NCBI RefSeq assembly: GCF_009914755.1
Contig: NC_060930.1
From: the human T2T-CHM13v2.0 reference genome, Homo sapiens
Reading direction: 5' to 3' (one strand)
Length of the DNA stretch: 64,000 nt
The notes below the pieces were generated by a model that saw only the letters and a list, made by a program, of their open reading frames with translations, was not told the DNA's origin and searched no databases. The stretch's first letter is position 1. The number at the start of each line of letters is the position of its first letter. Made by a program: the position numbers and the translations under genes. Of this stretch, positions 15,415 to 33,540 are shown piece by piece.

Positions 15415-18400
15415 GTAAGGTATTTTCTTTTACTGTTTAAAATTTAAAATTAGGATGTAAGAAATGCACTGCGTGATTATTAAAACAGTGAAAATCTCTG
15501 AGACATTTTGTTTACTATAATGTGATTACTTAAAGTTTTCATGTTTATTAACAGAAATCTATTTCATACGTTTATTAGCAGAAATATATTTATAGATATA
15601 AATATATACTTATATATTTATTTGTCTTTATAGTGTTCTATGAAGATATTCAAGAAGAATCTGGGTATTAAGTACAGATTTTGGCTGGTGTTACAAAATA
15701 TAATTAGGAAATAGTGAGGATAAAAATAAAAAACATAAGGTGGAGGTAATTCCTGCTTAGAATATGGCATGTAGATTTTGTTGGAAAAATTAACTTTCAT
15801 TTGTTTGAAGGTTATAGATTATATATTTTATTTTATGAAACTGAGATTTTCCATAGAGGCTATTTTCACTTATGTTGTGAATGTTATATGCTTTAATTTC
15901 CAAAGTGAATCCTAATAACATCTGTACTTAAATGAGTGAATTTAAAGTGCAATAACACAGGTAAAATAAATGAATGACTTTAGAGTATAACAAATAAAAC
16001 ATGGAATAATATGAAATTTGAGAAAACTATAGTAGAAAAGATTAAGTGGAAATAACATCACGTGTAACATTCAATGGAATCCTATCACAGGGGTTGGGGG
16101 GAAAGAACAATACAAAAGTATTTTTTGGAGAATTTTTTGTCTGAGTCCAGCCACAGCTAACAGTCCAGTGTTCCCTGATGTTGACAATGGGACTGTGCTG
16201 AGGTCAAAACTCAGTTGCTCCAGGTTAGAGGTACAAAGAAGATGGGCTCACATGGGGAGTTGACATGTACTCTTGGGTTCAGGGAAATTTTTATATTAAA
16301 GGAGGCAATTTAAATTAAATTCAGAAAAACACTTTAATGAAGAAAATAGTATATATGGACAGATCTGTTTATATGGCCAGAACAAGTTTTTAATCCTCTC
16401 AGTGTACAATTCAGACTTTCTGCTGTGATTCAAGGTGGGGTTTTGGGAACTTTCACATAAACAGTGAGCAGTAGTGGCCGACTTTTCCCAGCAATCTATA
16501 TGTCTACCATCACAGAAATTTGCATGAAAAGAATTCACTCCAGTCCTTTAACCTATGTACTTTCTTAGATGAAAAATGTGGGGACAAATATTTATTGGTT
16601 TTAAAAGATATTAAAATTCAGCATAAGAAAAAAAAGAATTAACTCATTCTTTTTTTCTCACCTACATTTATGTTTGCTGGAAGACTGAAAAGGAAGGATA
16701 TTGGTGAGCTCCTAATAAATTTATGTAACAGAATTAAGAAGAAGAAAAAAGATTATTCTAGTACATTGTAAAGAAAGGCTTTGGTAATAGGTTATTTTAG
16801 GTAGCTAGCACTAGACAGAAGCCTTTGAATTGTAGATGTCTGATTATATGCTTGTTAAAATATTATTTGCTGTCCTCACTTATAGAGAAAATAAGTGCTA
16901 AATGCACACTGAAAAAGAGCTAGAGTCTGTCTAAATCAAATTCATCATTATAAAAGTGTTCTGTATAAATTATTCAAAAGTAAAGTAGTTTTTGCAAAAA
17001 TTAATATGTAGAAGTCAATCTATTTTTTTCAAACCATTCAAAATTAAATTTCAGGTTTACTTAAAAAAACAAATCATTATTCACTGACTAAAAGATTAAA
17101 ATAAACTTGATATTAATAAGAGAATGTTTAGTTGGAGTTCACCTATTGATTCTAAAAATTTAGATATTTTTAATATGGAAATCTGTGCTTAAGAGGGAAT
17201 TAAAACCTGTTATTTCAAAGCCAAATACTAGTTTTTCCTTTCTCTTGTTATGTGACTGTAATGAAAATTAGATGAAAATAATGAAAACCAGAAAGGGGAG
17301 TGTTACATTGATAAACATTAACAAAGCCAATGGAAACATGGAGAGCAGATATAATGTTTGATGATTTTAGGAAAATATATAAAAGATTGTATTATTGCCT
17401 CTGGGGTAAAAATATGAAGTATAAAATGTGAATAAAAATATAAACATATAAAATGTATACATTTCCTGAAATATAAATGTCAATCTTTTAAATTTCCATT
17501 GCTTTTGTGTATCTAAATTGATGTCTATTTTGACCACTGACTCCTCAAAAATATTATTTTGAGAATCTTGTACAATGCAGTGTAATGCATTGTTATTGCT
17601 TCCAAAATCAGTCATCTGCTTGGCACATTGAATTTGGAAAATAAAGAAAAACAGCTTAGAAAAGGAAAACTTGTACATTGAACCATATAAATTGCTCAGA
17701 CGTAGCACACTTTAAGGTACAGAAAAAGTTGTTTTCCCAATATAACTTTTCTGGTTTACTTTAATGAGCGCTAAATGATGGCATAATAATATCGGGTTAT
17801 TACCAAAAACAATAGCTTGCATTTTCATAGCTATCACCCACTAAAACTTCCTAAAGGTGTGCAAGCATTTAAGTGCAAGGGTTGGCAACAAAGTTAGCCT
17901 GAAAGTGACAACACAGATGCAGACTATCACCTTCCACTCCCTATTTTTGCTTTCTTTAACGCACTTCCTTTCTCTATAAACATTCCCATGAAAGCTGCAG
18001 GAAACATGGCCCGTGAAAATTTGCCATGTCCTCCTCTAAGGCAATAGGAGACAAATACTGAACTCAGTTATTCTCTCAGTACTTGAGAGTCCTGTAGAAG
18101 ACGTAGTTTTGGTTGTTTCTGCTGTCTTGCTTTGCATTTTTTTCCTTATGGCTAGCTTTGTGAAAAGTTGGGGGAAGATGTGGTTGCAGGAGTTTGCATT
18201 TATTCACTTAATTCAATTCTCACCAAAAGTACAATGTCTGTCTCAAAAGGATTATGCTCTTGGAGGCAATTATGCGTCTATACATATGCTACATATGCAC
18301 ATACAAACCTATATAGTTGTGGAATAATACAAGATAACATATGATAAAATAGCAATGGTTGATAATATGAGTTAAAACAATATATGGCAGAAATAATCCC

Positions 18401-21240
18401 TAAATCTTTCTCAGAAAAAAAATGAGGTGCTATCTGTTCCTAGAAAGATAAATTTCAGACAGGGAGATAATTCTAAGAAGGACATTCTAGTCATTCATTT
18501 TTTTCCCTCACCAACTCATTCTCATCCAGTTCATTAGTTCACTCAGAAGCGTTCGCTGACCATATTAGGCAATGTGTTAGGAGTCAGTGACACAAATAAG
18601 GCATTTCAAGAGGTTTGGGGAGCTCAGGAAAAATGTCACCAGCAAATATGCAGAAGTAAAAACACCCAGGCATGTTTGTGGAGAAAAGAACGTCTTGGCT
18701 AGAGATTCTGTGTGTGGTCGTTTCAGGGACATAGTTTGTAAGGCAGGTTGGAGGCAGATTTCTGCAAGATTTGAATGTCAGCGTGAAAGTTTGATCTAAT
18801 TAAGCCTGATCACTTGCAATCCAGTGATTTATAATCTCTCCATATTCCTCCCTCTGGGAATTTTCTTTAAGGTTGGAGAGGGTGTGTGGATGGGTGGAGG
18901 GGTGGAGGGGTTATATATTCTGTGTATTGGAGAGGGGGGACCTTTGTGCTTGATCAAGTTCTGGCCTCTGCTGACATCTACTGACATGTATTTCTCATCA
19001 GCTTTTGAGACATTGCCCTTTCTCTGATTTTCACTGCCGAAATCTCCTACTATAAAATCTGGCTCACATGATCTGTGTAATATTAGCTAACAGCATGGCT
19101 TTTCCTTTCTGTAAATCCCTCTGGTCTACTGGCCCTTATTCGGGTACTTCTCCATCTGTCTCAATGGCACAGAATAATTTTCAATATTGTCCCGTAACCC
19201 TAGAGCTGCAGGAGCCTTCCTTAGGAGGTTGGGCTACATCAGGTGCCCTTGGCCTGGATGCAGTAACACTATGTCCCCTGCTCCCTACCTCACTTCCTTA
19301 TCTGCCCTTCAGATACCCAAGGGTTCTCAGAGCGGCTTGCCATCTTTCCCAGGAAGCTGGAAATAAGTACCAGTTCCTCTGGGATTCCCTAATCAATCTG
19401 TAGCTCATCACAGGGAGGGCTGGAGAGTGATGCTTCCCTTCTCCAAAACCCTTACAGGTCGTATTCTATATAGCTCTTCTCTTTGTCTCCCCAAAGCTCC
19501 TCCTCTTTAGATGCATGGAAATTGACTCATAGGCCATGGTTTATTCTTTCCTATACTGTTTATGATAAAAAGTTATGTTCTTAAGTCCTTTAGGCTGTTA
19601 GCTTTTAGAAACTGAACCAAACAAAGAAACTCAAAGCACTCTTTTCTATTTCGAAATATCCAACTATTGCAGTAAAAATGTTGGCTTTCAAACAATTATT
19701 TATTCTATATGTTTAAAAAATTATTTAGTAATTTAAATGTGAAGTATTGACTTTTCCTTTTTCTATGCATCCTTGCTAACAGACTTAATTCTCTCTAAGG
19801 TAATTGATGAGATGCAGGGTTGTGAACTGATTTGTTGGGGATCAAGTGCTGTCAAGAGGAGGGATCCCTGGCTACTAGCAGCAAATACTGTTCTTTAGCC
19901 TGTAGAAAAATATGGCCCTTAGGGACCACCCCAGCAGATGGGCATAGGATGTTCCCCAAGAAGTTAAGAGGGGAACAGGTTTATGGCCTGGGCATATGTC
20001 CCAAGAATTTCCACTATATCTTCCCCAAATTTGGAAACAAATACTATGTCTCAAATTCGTTTTTTCAATTTGTATTTTAAAAAGAAATGTCTGTGTTGCA
20101 TATTAATAGTCTATTCATTAGTTCCCCTATCTCAGTTACCTAGAAAGTTTGAAAAACAAACATTTACAAATGCTTGTCTTCAAAATGCATCAGAATTACT
20201 AAGAATTATGAAAACTCATCTCACTGGACTCCATGCTCAGAGATTATGATTCAACAGATGTGAGATGGAACCCATAAGACTGGACTTTTTAATACATCCC
20301 TGACCTCAAACTTCTGCATCTAAATTCATGAGAGAAAGTGGCCTATAACTGTCCTTTCTCTGATAGCTTTGTCAGGTATCAATGTTATGCAAGCCTTGTA
20401 AAACAAATTGGGACGTTTTCCCTACTTTTCTATTACTGGGAAAGGTTTGTATAAGAGGGCATTGTTTATTGTTTAAGTGCTTGGGAAAATTCCCTATTGT
20501 AACTATATGTAGTATTTTCAATTGGAGGGTTTTAAATGGCACATTCCATTTCTTTAACAATGGTGAACTACTCAGATTTTCTATCAATTCTGTTAGTGAA
20601 GGGAGTTTGTGTTTTCCAGGAATTTGACCATTTGAATTAAATTTCAAAATATATTGCTTAAATGTTGTTTATGCCATTCTCATTAGTTTTTCAACATTTT
20701 ATTATGAAAATGTTCAAACATACATAAATATTTGAAGAATTCTACAGTGAACATCCATATACCTTACCATCTGAATTCTATCTGTAACATTTTTATAATA
20801 CTCATTTTCTTTGTCATTCTATTAGTCAATATATTTCAAAGTAAACTAAAGGCATCAATACAGTTCCCCCTAATTACTTTAGTATGCATATCATTAACAG
20901 GAATTCAATTGTTTTGCAACTCTTTTCCCTTTAAAGTCAAGTTTACATACAATGAAACATATAAGGTGCATAAAAATGAAGTGTACAAATCATAACAGAA
21001 CCTTTGTAGAATTTTGACACACACACTTGAGTAACCCAAAGCCCAATCAAGATACATAATCACTGGCCCAAAAAGTTTCCAAATGCCCCCTCCCAGTCTA
21101 AAGGCTTTAAGACTTTAAGATTTTAGCTTTCATATTTAGGATCCATAACTGTCCACTTCCAATTAAATTTTTGCATATAGTGTAGAAATTGAGGGATTGT
21201 TTTCATATTGATATCCAGCTTTTTCTGCACAATTTCTTGA

Positions 21241-21622
<382 letters not shown>

Positions 21623-22415
21623 AAGACTTTCTCTATTCAAGTCCTTTGGCACCTTTGTTGAAAATCAAATGGTCATGTAAGTGTAAGGCTATTGCTGAGA
21701 TCTCCATTCTGTGTCATTTGTTGATTTTTATAGTAAGTCTTGAAGTTACGTAAATCTTCCAACTTTATTCTCCTTTTTATTTTTTAAACAATTTTTATCA
21801 CATAATTGTACATACTTATGGGGTACAGAGTGAAACACCAAAACAAGTATACAATGTGTAATGATCAAATCAGGGTAATCAGCACATCCATCACTGCAAA
21901 CATTTATTATTTCTTTGTGCAAGAACATTCAAAATATCTTCTAGATATTTGAAACTATACAATATATTATTAACTGTTTTTCTCTTTCAGGATTACTTTG
22001 GCTTTTCGTGACTTTTTGTATTTTCTCACTCCCAGGCTTTATTGAGGTATAATTGGCAAATAAAAACAATATATTTAAGGTGTCCAACATGATATTTTGA
22101 TATACATATATATTATAAAATGATTACCACAATCAAGCTAATTAATACAACCATCACCTGAGGTAGTTAGCTTTATTTTTGGTGGTAAGAACATCTAAGA
22201 CCTACTTTTTTGGCCAATTTCAAGTATAAGAAATAATTTCATAACTACAGTCACTATATTGTATGTTAGGGCTCCAAGCTCCTGCGCAACTGAAACTGCA
22301 TTTTTCTCTCAGCATCTCCCTTTTTCCCTCACCCCCAAATCACTGGCAATCATCATTCTCTGCTTTTATAACTTCTTCTTTTTTACATTCCACAAATAAG
22401 TGCAGTCATGCAGTA

Positions 22416-22782
22416 CAGATGCTCGTCCATTTACGATGGGGTTATATCCAGACAAACTCCTTGTAAGTTGAAAATATCAGGTTGAAACTGTATTTACTAG
22501 AGCTAAGCTACTGAACATCATAGCTTAGCATAGCCTAACTTAAATGTGCTCAGAACACTTACATTAGCCTACAGTTGAGCAAAATCATCTAACACCAAGC
22601 CTATTTTATTAAAAAATGTTAAATAGCTCATGTAGTTTGTTGAACGCTATACTGAAAGTGAAAAGCGAAATGGTCATATGGGTACTGGAAGTACAGTTTC
22701 TACTGAATGCTTATGGCTTTTGCACCATCGTAGCCAAAAAATCCCAAATCTAACCATGGTAAGTTAGATTAGAGGCTGGCTG
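22416..22782 (+). mobile_element. MER47A (TcMar-Tigger MITE)
   Basis: CAGATGCTCGTCCATTTACGATGGGGTTA...CTG with TA target duplication (22414-15, 22783-84). Confidence 0.85.
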
Positions 22783-22903
22783 TATTTGTCCTTCTGTGCC
22801 TGGTTTATTTCACTTAGCATAATGTCCTCCAGGTTCATCTAGGTTGCTGAAAATGACAGGATTTTTTTTTTAATGCTGAGTAATAACATTCCCTTATTAT
22901 ATA

Positions 22904-24136
22904 CAGATGGTCCCTGACTTATGATAGTTCAACTTACAATTTTTTTGACTTTAAGATGATATGAAAATGATACACATTCAGTAGAAACTATATTTTGAAT
23001 TTTGATCTTTAATGTTTATTATTTTAATTTATTATTATTATTATAAAATTTTCCCCTTCTTTGGTGTATTCCAGCCTTGGACTCATAGACTCCAGCTGAC
23101 TGAGATAAAAAAACTGGTATGGAAATTATTAAAAGAACACTCAAAATTCCAGCAATGACCATTGCTAAGAATGCAAGTGTTGAAAGATCTTTGATTGTTG
23201 AGAAAATTATGCAAAGTTCCTCAGAAGTTGGTTACGATGCTATGGTCAGAGATTTTGTGAATATGGTGGAAAAAGCAATTATTGACCCAACAAAGATTGT
23301 GAGAGCTGCTTTATCGGATGCTGCTGGTGTGGCCTCTCCATTAACTACAGCAGAAATTGTAGTCACAAAAATTCCTAAAAAAAGAGAAGGACCCTGGAAT
23401 GGGTGCAATGGGTGGAATGGGAGGTGGTATGAGAGGTGGCATGTTCTAACTCCTAGAATAGTGCTTTACCTTTATTAATGAACTGTGACAGGAAGCCCAA
23501 GGCAGAGTTCCTCACCAATAACTTCAGAGAAGTCAGTTGGAGAAAATGAAGGAAAGGCTGGCTGATGTTTAAGAAATCACTGTAACCATCAGTTACTGGT
23601 TTCAGTTGACAAACTGTATAATGGTTTACTGCTGTCATTGTTCATGCCTACAGATAATTTATTTTGTATTTTTGAATAAAAAGACATTTGTATATTCCTG
23701 ATACTGAGTACAAGAGCCACGTACAATGTACTGCTTTCAACTTAAATCGCTGAGGTATTTTTACTACTATTTTCTTAAAATCAGGATTTTGGTGCTTGCC
23801 ACCACCAGATGAGAAGTTAAGCAGCCTTTCTGTGGAGAGTGAGAATAATCGTGTACAAAGTAGACAAATATCCAATTATGTGACAACTTTTGTGTAATAA
23901 AAGTTTGTTTAAAGTTAAAAATACTACCTTTTATTATTATAAAGCTGGATGTTGTTAGATGATTTTGCCTAATTTTAGGCTAATGTAAGTATTGTGTGCA
24001 TATTTAAGGTAGGCTAAGCTAAGCTATGAAGTTTGGTTAAAAGTTAGGGGTATTAAATGCATTTTTGACTTATGGTATTTTCAATGTACGATGGATTTAT
24101 CTAAATCCAACCTCATCATAAGTCTAAGAGCATCTG
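22904..24136 (-). mobile_element. Second MER47-type MITE, opposite orientation, split by HSPD1 retrocopy
   Basis: CAGATGGTCCCTGACTTATGAT at left and AAGTCTAAGAGCATCTG at right; 23945-24136 is reverse-complementary to ~22416-22605. Confidence 0.8.
23053..23920 (+). pseudogene. HSPD1P16: 5'-truncated processed pseudogene of HSPD1 (HSP60/chaperonin 60); locus symbol recalled, not verified
   Basis: [18 protein letters not shown]...[17 protein letters not shown]; intronless; frameshifted GGM tail with original stop at 23447-23449; full 3'UTR with AATAAA at 23675 and 23896. Confidence 0.9.
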
Positions 24137-24163
24137 AAATATAACATTTCCATTATAGAAACC

Positions 24164-24168
<5 letters not shown>

Positions 24169-24195
<27 letters not shown>
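24169..24195. repeat. (TG)n microsatellite
   Basis: About 13 TG units. Confidence 0.95.
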
Positions 24196-25718
24196 ATGCA
24201 TATATATGTCACCATATTTATCCATTCATCTGATGATGGACACTTAGGTGGATTATGTATTTTGGCCATTGTGACAATGCTGCAATGAACATGGAAGTGC
24301 AGATATCTCTTAGAGATTCTGATCTCATTTCCTTTTAATGTACACCTGGAGGGATTGCTGAATTCTATGGTAGTTCTATTTTTAATTTTTGAGGAACCTT
24401 CATACTATTTTCCACAATGGCTGCATCAATTTACATTTTCATCAACACTGTACAGTTTCCTTTTCTCCACATCCTCACCAGCACTCATTATCTTTTGTCT
24501 TTTTGATAATAGGCATTTTGGCATGTGTGAGATGATATTCCATTGTGGCTTTGATTTGCGTTTCCCTGATGAGTAGTTATGTTGAGCATTTTTTCATCTA
24601 CCTATTGGTCATTTGTGGGGCTTCTTTTGAGAGATGTCTATTCAGGTCCTTTGCTCATTTTGTAAACAGATTATTTGTTTTCTTGCTTTTGTGTTGTGTG
24701 AGCTTCTTATATACTTTAGATGTTAACTTCTCATCAGATATACGGTTTGCAAATATTTTCTCTCATTCTGTAGGCGTCTCTTCTCTCTGTTGATTATTTC
24801 CTTTACTGTGCAGAAGCTTTGTAGTTTGACACAATTCTACTTGTCTATTTTTGCTTTTTTCCTGTGCTGTCATATGCAAAAATATAATTGCCCAGATCAA
24901 TATCAAGCTTTTTCCCTATGTTGTCCTCTAGTAGTTTTTTGGGTTTCTGGTCTTAGGTTTGTATCTTTAATCCAGTTTGACTTGATTTTTCTATATAGTA
25001 TGAGATAAGGGTCCAGTTTTATTCTTCTGCATGTGGATATGCAGTTTTCCCATTACCTCTTATTGAAGAGGCAATAATTTCCCCATTGTGCATTTTTGAT
25101 ACTGTTGTCAAATACCAATTGTCACAAATGCATGGATTTATTACTGGGCTTCCTCCCTATTATGTTTCATTAATCTAAATGTCTATGTAAATGCCAGTAC
25201 CTTGCTGTTTTGACTATTATAGCTTTGTAGTATATTTTAAAATCAAGTGGTGTGATGCTTCCAGCTTTGCTTTTATTGTTCCTTTGTATTGTCATCATAT
25301 ACAACTTAGGGTCATTTGTAAAATAATACAAACAGCCTGTTTATTGGACTTTTAGTTGATTTAGTTATATAAATTTATTTATATAAATAAATTTAAGGGC
25401 AGTTGGCATCTTAATAATATTGAGGCTTGTAATTCACAAATATAGTATATCTCTCCACTTTTTAGACCTTTAATTTATTTCAGTAGTATTTCAAAATTTG
25501 TGGTGCAGACATCTTGCATACATTTTGTAAAAAAAGATGCCTAGGTATGTTATGCTTAATGATGCTATTGTAATGGTGTAATTATACTTTCCAGTTGTTT
25601 GCTGCTAGTATATAAACGTATTTTTATATATAAGTCTTACATTCTGCAGTCTTGCTTAATATAATTTGTAGTTATATTTTAGAATACATAAGATTTTCAA
25701 TATAAAAAACAAGCTAAT

Positions 25719-25833
25719 AGCTGAGTGCATTGGTGTGTGCCTGTAGTCTCAGTTACTTGGAGACTGAGGTGGGAGGGTCATTTGAGCCCAAAACTTTGAG
25801 ACCAGCCTGGATGATATAGTAAGTCCCTGTCTC
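25719..25833 (+). mobile_element. Alu monomer (FLAM-like)
   Basis: Single 7SL-derived arm flanked by AAGCTAATAG on both sides. Confidence 0.75.
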
Positions 25834-26176
25834 TAAAATCTCTTAAAAACTAAATCAATCAATCAAGCTAATAGATTTATTTATATCCTGTCCCAATTCT
25901 TTGTATTATAATTATTACATATTAAATCTATATAAACTATACATTTCATATGAAAATATTTTAATTTTTGCTCTAGCTAGAAAAATATATTTTAAAGAAA
26001 TTGATGGAAAAGAGTCTTCTATATTTACTCTGATACTATTTCTGATGGTCTCAATTTCTTCTTAAAGATCCCAGTTTTCATTATCCCCAGACTAAGGATT
26101 TTCTTCAGCACATGTTTTAGTGTAGGTGTGCTGGTGATTAATTTGAATTCTGTTTCACCTGAAAGAGTATTTATTT

Positions 26177-29977
<3,801 letters not shown>

Positions 29978-29994
29978 TGAAAGAGTATTTATTT

Positions 29995-31330
29995 CACTAC
30001 TATACTTAAGGGATACTTTTGCTGGATATAAAATTCTGAGTTGACAGCTTTTTTAAAATCACTTTAAAATATCACCGTGTCTTATTAAAAGTGAGTATTT
30101 AAATAATTGTCTTTTATGAATGTAATGTTATTATTATTTGTAATTTGGCTGTGTTCAAGTTTTTTTTGTTAACCTTTGATCTTCAGCTGTTTGACTATGA
30201 CGTGCATAGTTCTTTATATATATTCTGCTTGATGTTACTGAGACTCTTGATTTGTAGATTAATTTGTTTCACTAATTTTGAAAAATTTCAGCCTCATTTA
30301 TTCAAAATGTTTTTAGCTCCATCCACCCTTTCCTCTGTTTGGGGGATTATAATTGCACATTTGTTAAATATTTTTATATAGTTCCACAAGGCCTAGAGGC
30401 TTGCTTTTTCCCCCCAATATTTTTCTCCATTTTTCAAATTGGATAAGTTCTATTAATACACCTTTAAGTTGGCCGATTCTTTTCTCTCTCATTTTAATTT
30501 CACTGTTAAGCTCATGGTATAAATTTTTTAGTTCTCATTTTTTTAGTTTTAGAATATCCATTTTGTTATTTCTTATAGTTTCTATTTCTTTGCTGAAATT
30601 TCCTATCATTTTATTCATTGTGAGTGTTTTACTTGAAATCATTGAATATGGACATATGAGTTGCTTTAAAATTTTTGTCTGCTAATTATGTCTGGATCAT
30701 CTTAAAGTTTGTTTTTGTTGACTGTCTTTTCTCTTAAGAATGGATCACATTTTCCTGTTTCTTCATGTGCCCAGTAATTTCATATTGTATCTTGAACATT
30801 TTGAATGGATTCTGCTATATTACCCTGAAGAGTGTTATGATGTATGTTTTCCCCCTAGTTTATTTTCACAGGCAAATAACTCTGTGGAACTACAACTACA
30901 GAAACCTATAAAGCCTGTCCCTTGGGCAGCAGCTTAAATCTCACTTTAGTTTATTTTTTTTTCTCTAGTGCTGTTTGGAATACATCCCACGTATGTGTGA
31001 TTCAGGAGTCAACCAAAGATATGTGAAATGTTTATAAATAAAATTTGGGGATTCTCCTCTCTGGCTTTCTCTTCTCCAGGATTTCCCTCTCACATTCTCA
31101 GCAGCTCTTGTTTCCACAATCTCTGTCCTTTGTTTCTCAAGATCAGAAACAGTGCAGGTTTTCGACTGTAGCTTTACCTGTCCCAGACTGGAAGCTTCCC
31201 TCAGGTTAAAAGGTTTGAAAACTGGAGCTTGACTAGTACTTGCTGTTCTTTTCTTCCAGGTCTCAACTCCTCTCCAGTAGCTACAAGCATTTGGTCATTC
31301 TTAAGGCCTTTAGGTAGAATTTTTTTTTAT
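29995..31330 (-). mobile_element. Ancient L1ME remnants (host of the L1HS; also ~25870-26157)
   Basis: TTTTGCTGGATATAAAATTCTGAGTTGACAG and GTTTTAGAATATCCATTTTG motifs typical of L1ME. Confidence 0.6.
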
Positions 31331-32959
31331 ATTGTTTTCAGTGTTCATAGTCATTATTACTTGAAAGGGTCAGTTCATAAAAGCTGATTTGGAATCCTAG
31401 CTTGATGTTTTTATTGCCTGTATCTGTTCTAATGTCACATTTCTTACTCTTGATATTGGTGATTTTCTCTTTCTCTCTGTCTCTTTCTCTTGCTCCTGCC
31501 CACTCTTTTTCCCTCTTTCTCTTTCTCTCCTCTTTCCATCCTTGTCGTTCCAATTAGTATTTTATTCATTTTTATTAGATTTTTTTCATATCTGGCTTTG
31601 ATAATTTCCTCTATTTTTTCTTTTTCTTTTTTTTTTTTTTTTGCCCCTGTTTCATTAAGTTCTGCTTTCTCTTATTTACTGTATGCTACTTTACTTATGT
31701 TTCAGCTAGTGATCTTTTCCTAGCTTCTTAATATGGAAACTGAAATAATTGTTTTTGTAGGCTTTCTTATTTTAAAATGTATACCTATAAAGCTATAAAT
31801 GTTCTTATGAATGTGGCTTTAGGCACATCTCACATGTTTCGATATTTCACAATTTTATCAGAATTCAGTTAAAATATTTTATAATTTTCATTAGGTATTT
31901 TATTTAATTTTCTTTATAGATCCTCAATCTCTGCTGAAAATTTTTAACTTGTTAATTTTTTAAACACATTAATCAAGTTATTTTAATATTTTTGTCTGAT
32001 AATTCAAATATTTTCATAACTTACAGATATTTTTCCATTTTCTATTTGTTCTTTTAGTTTTTGTTTACTTTGTCTTGCCTCTTAGGATGACTTGTAATTT
32101 ATTATTTATAACACATATATATATAACATTATTAGGTATATATAAATTTATTTAAGTATATAACTTTCTATTTCATATATATGTATAAAACTTTCCTTCT
32201 GGCAGTTAGGGGAAGATCACCTCAGTCCAACTTGGGATTGATCTATATTTTTATCTTTGTGAGGTCTGGTCTTTCTCCTGTTTACCATTAAGCTTAGGGA
32301 GTAGATCCTAGGGGGCCTAATTCCAGATTCTGGGATGTTTCCTAGGGTCCAACTTCCTTGGCAGCCCCTGAACACCAACTTATGTTTTCTAAGCTTACTT
32401 ATAGTGCACAGCATTCTACTCAGATATTTTTGTTTCTTTTTACAGATTATTGTGATGAAAGATTTTCTTTTCTCCTGGAATTTGCTCCTTTGATTTAATA
32501 GTTTTGATAAGTCTCTGATGGCTTCAAACAAATTTAAGAAAATATTTTATTCTCCATTGTACGCTTGCTCTCATTGGTTTGATACATGTTAGTCTATCAT
32601 ATACAGAAAGGGGTGTGCTACCTTGATACTTTTGAATTTGCCCTCACCTCTAGCAATACTGTTAACTAATTATATTCAGAATATGGCTTGTGCTTTATAA
32701 TTTTGATCAAAACTACTTTCAAATCTCCAAGCCTTTTGTTTATTTGACCACTACCATTCACAAAAAGGCATCTACAATTTATTTTTTCCATGAAGCTTTT
32801 TTAAACCTTCCAGATATATGTTATCCTCCTATCTTTCAAACATAATGACATTTTCAGCTCATAATGGTTATGCGTCTCATTCACATTTTCTTAGAGTATA
32901 AATTAATGAATGTAGTTTCCATTAACCAGGAAGGAAAAAAGAAAAACAAGAATTCCATT

Positions 32960-33540
32960 TAGGCTTCAGAGGTGGGACAGGGTGTCATTTTAGGTGGAGC
33001 AGCCAGGGTAGACCTCAATGAGAAACTTACATATAAGCAAAAGACCTGAAATTAACCATACAGATAGCTGAGGAAATAATTTTAGGAATAGATTACAACC
33101 AGGGATGGGCCCTAAGTCAGGAGCCAGCCCATCTGATGTACTTAAGGAATGGTGAGGGGGGAAGTGCAGACAGAGCTCAGTGACCCAAAGGAAGAGTAGA
33201 GGAGATGGGCTCAGATAATTGGGAGCCTATCAAGTAGGGACTTTTAGGATATTCTTAGGCATTTGTTTTTACTCTGGGAGAAGTGGAGGATTTAGAACAG
33301 AAGATTGATATGATTTGACTTACATTTTATAATGTTCTCTCTGACTACTGCATTGAGCACATTGTTGGGGTGTGAGGGATATGGCAAGGACAGAAGCAGG
33401 AAGACCATATTCCAGGTCACAGATGTGGGAATGTGGCCACTTGGATCAGTGAAGTCGCAGAGTGGGTAGTGAGAAGTTGAATTCTGGATTTCTTTTTGTT
33501 TGTGAAAACAGACCCAATAAGATGTTCTGGCACATGAGAT
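32960..33540 (+). mobile_element. L2 remnants
   Basis: Purine-rich degenerate L2 3' motifs (GATTTGACTTACATTTTA, GAAGCAGGAAGACCA). Confidence 0.55.

Larger units (their letters stand above)
22035..25700 (-). mobile_element. Old L1M (L1MA/MB) fragments hosting nested insertions
   Basis: L1 3'UTR and ORF2-end motifs (TTTCACTTAGCATAATGTCCTCCAGGTTCATC, GTGCAGAAGCTTT) that rejoin across the MER47 inserts. Confidence 0.75.

Noticed and set aside
16059-16064. CACGTG E-box in MYCT1 intron 1 as the MYC-responsive site
   Set aside because: A single hexamer in AT-rich, CpG-poor context; not supportable without ChIP data
23119-23478. 119-aa HSP60-like ORF as a functional gene
   Set aside because: 5'-truncated, frameshifted retrocopy with substitutions at conserved positions and no promoter
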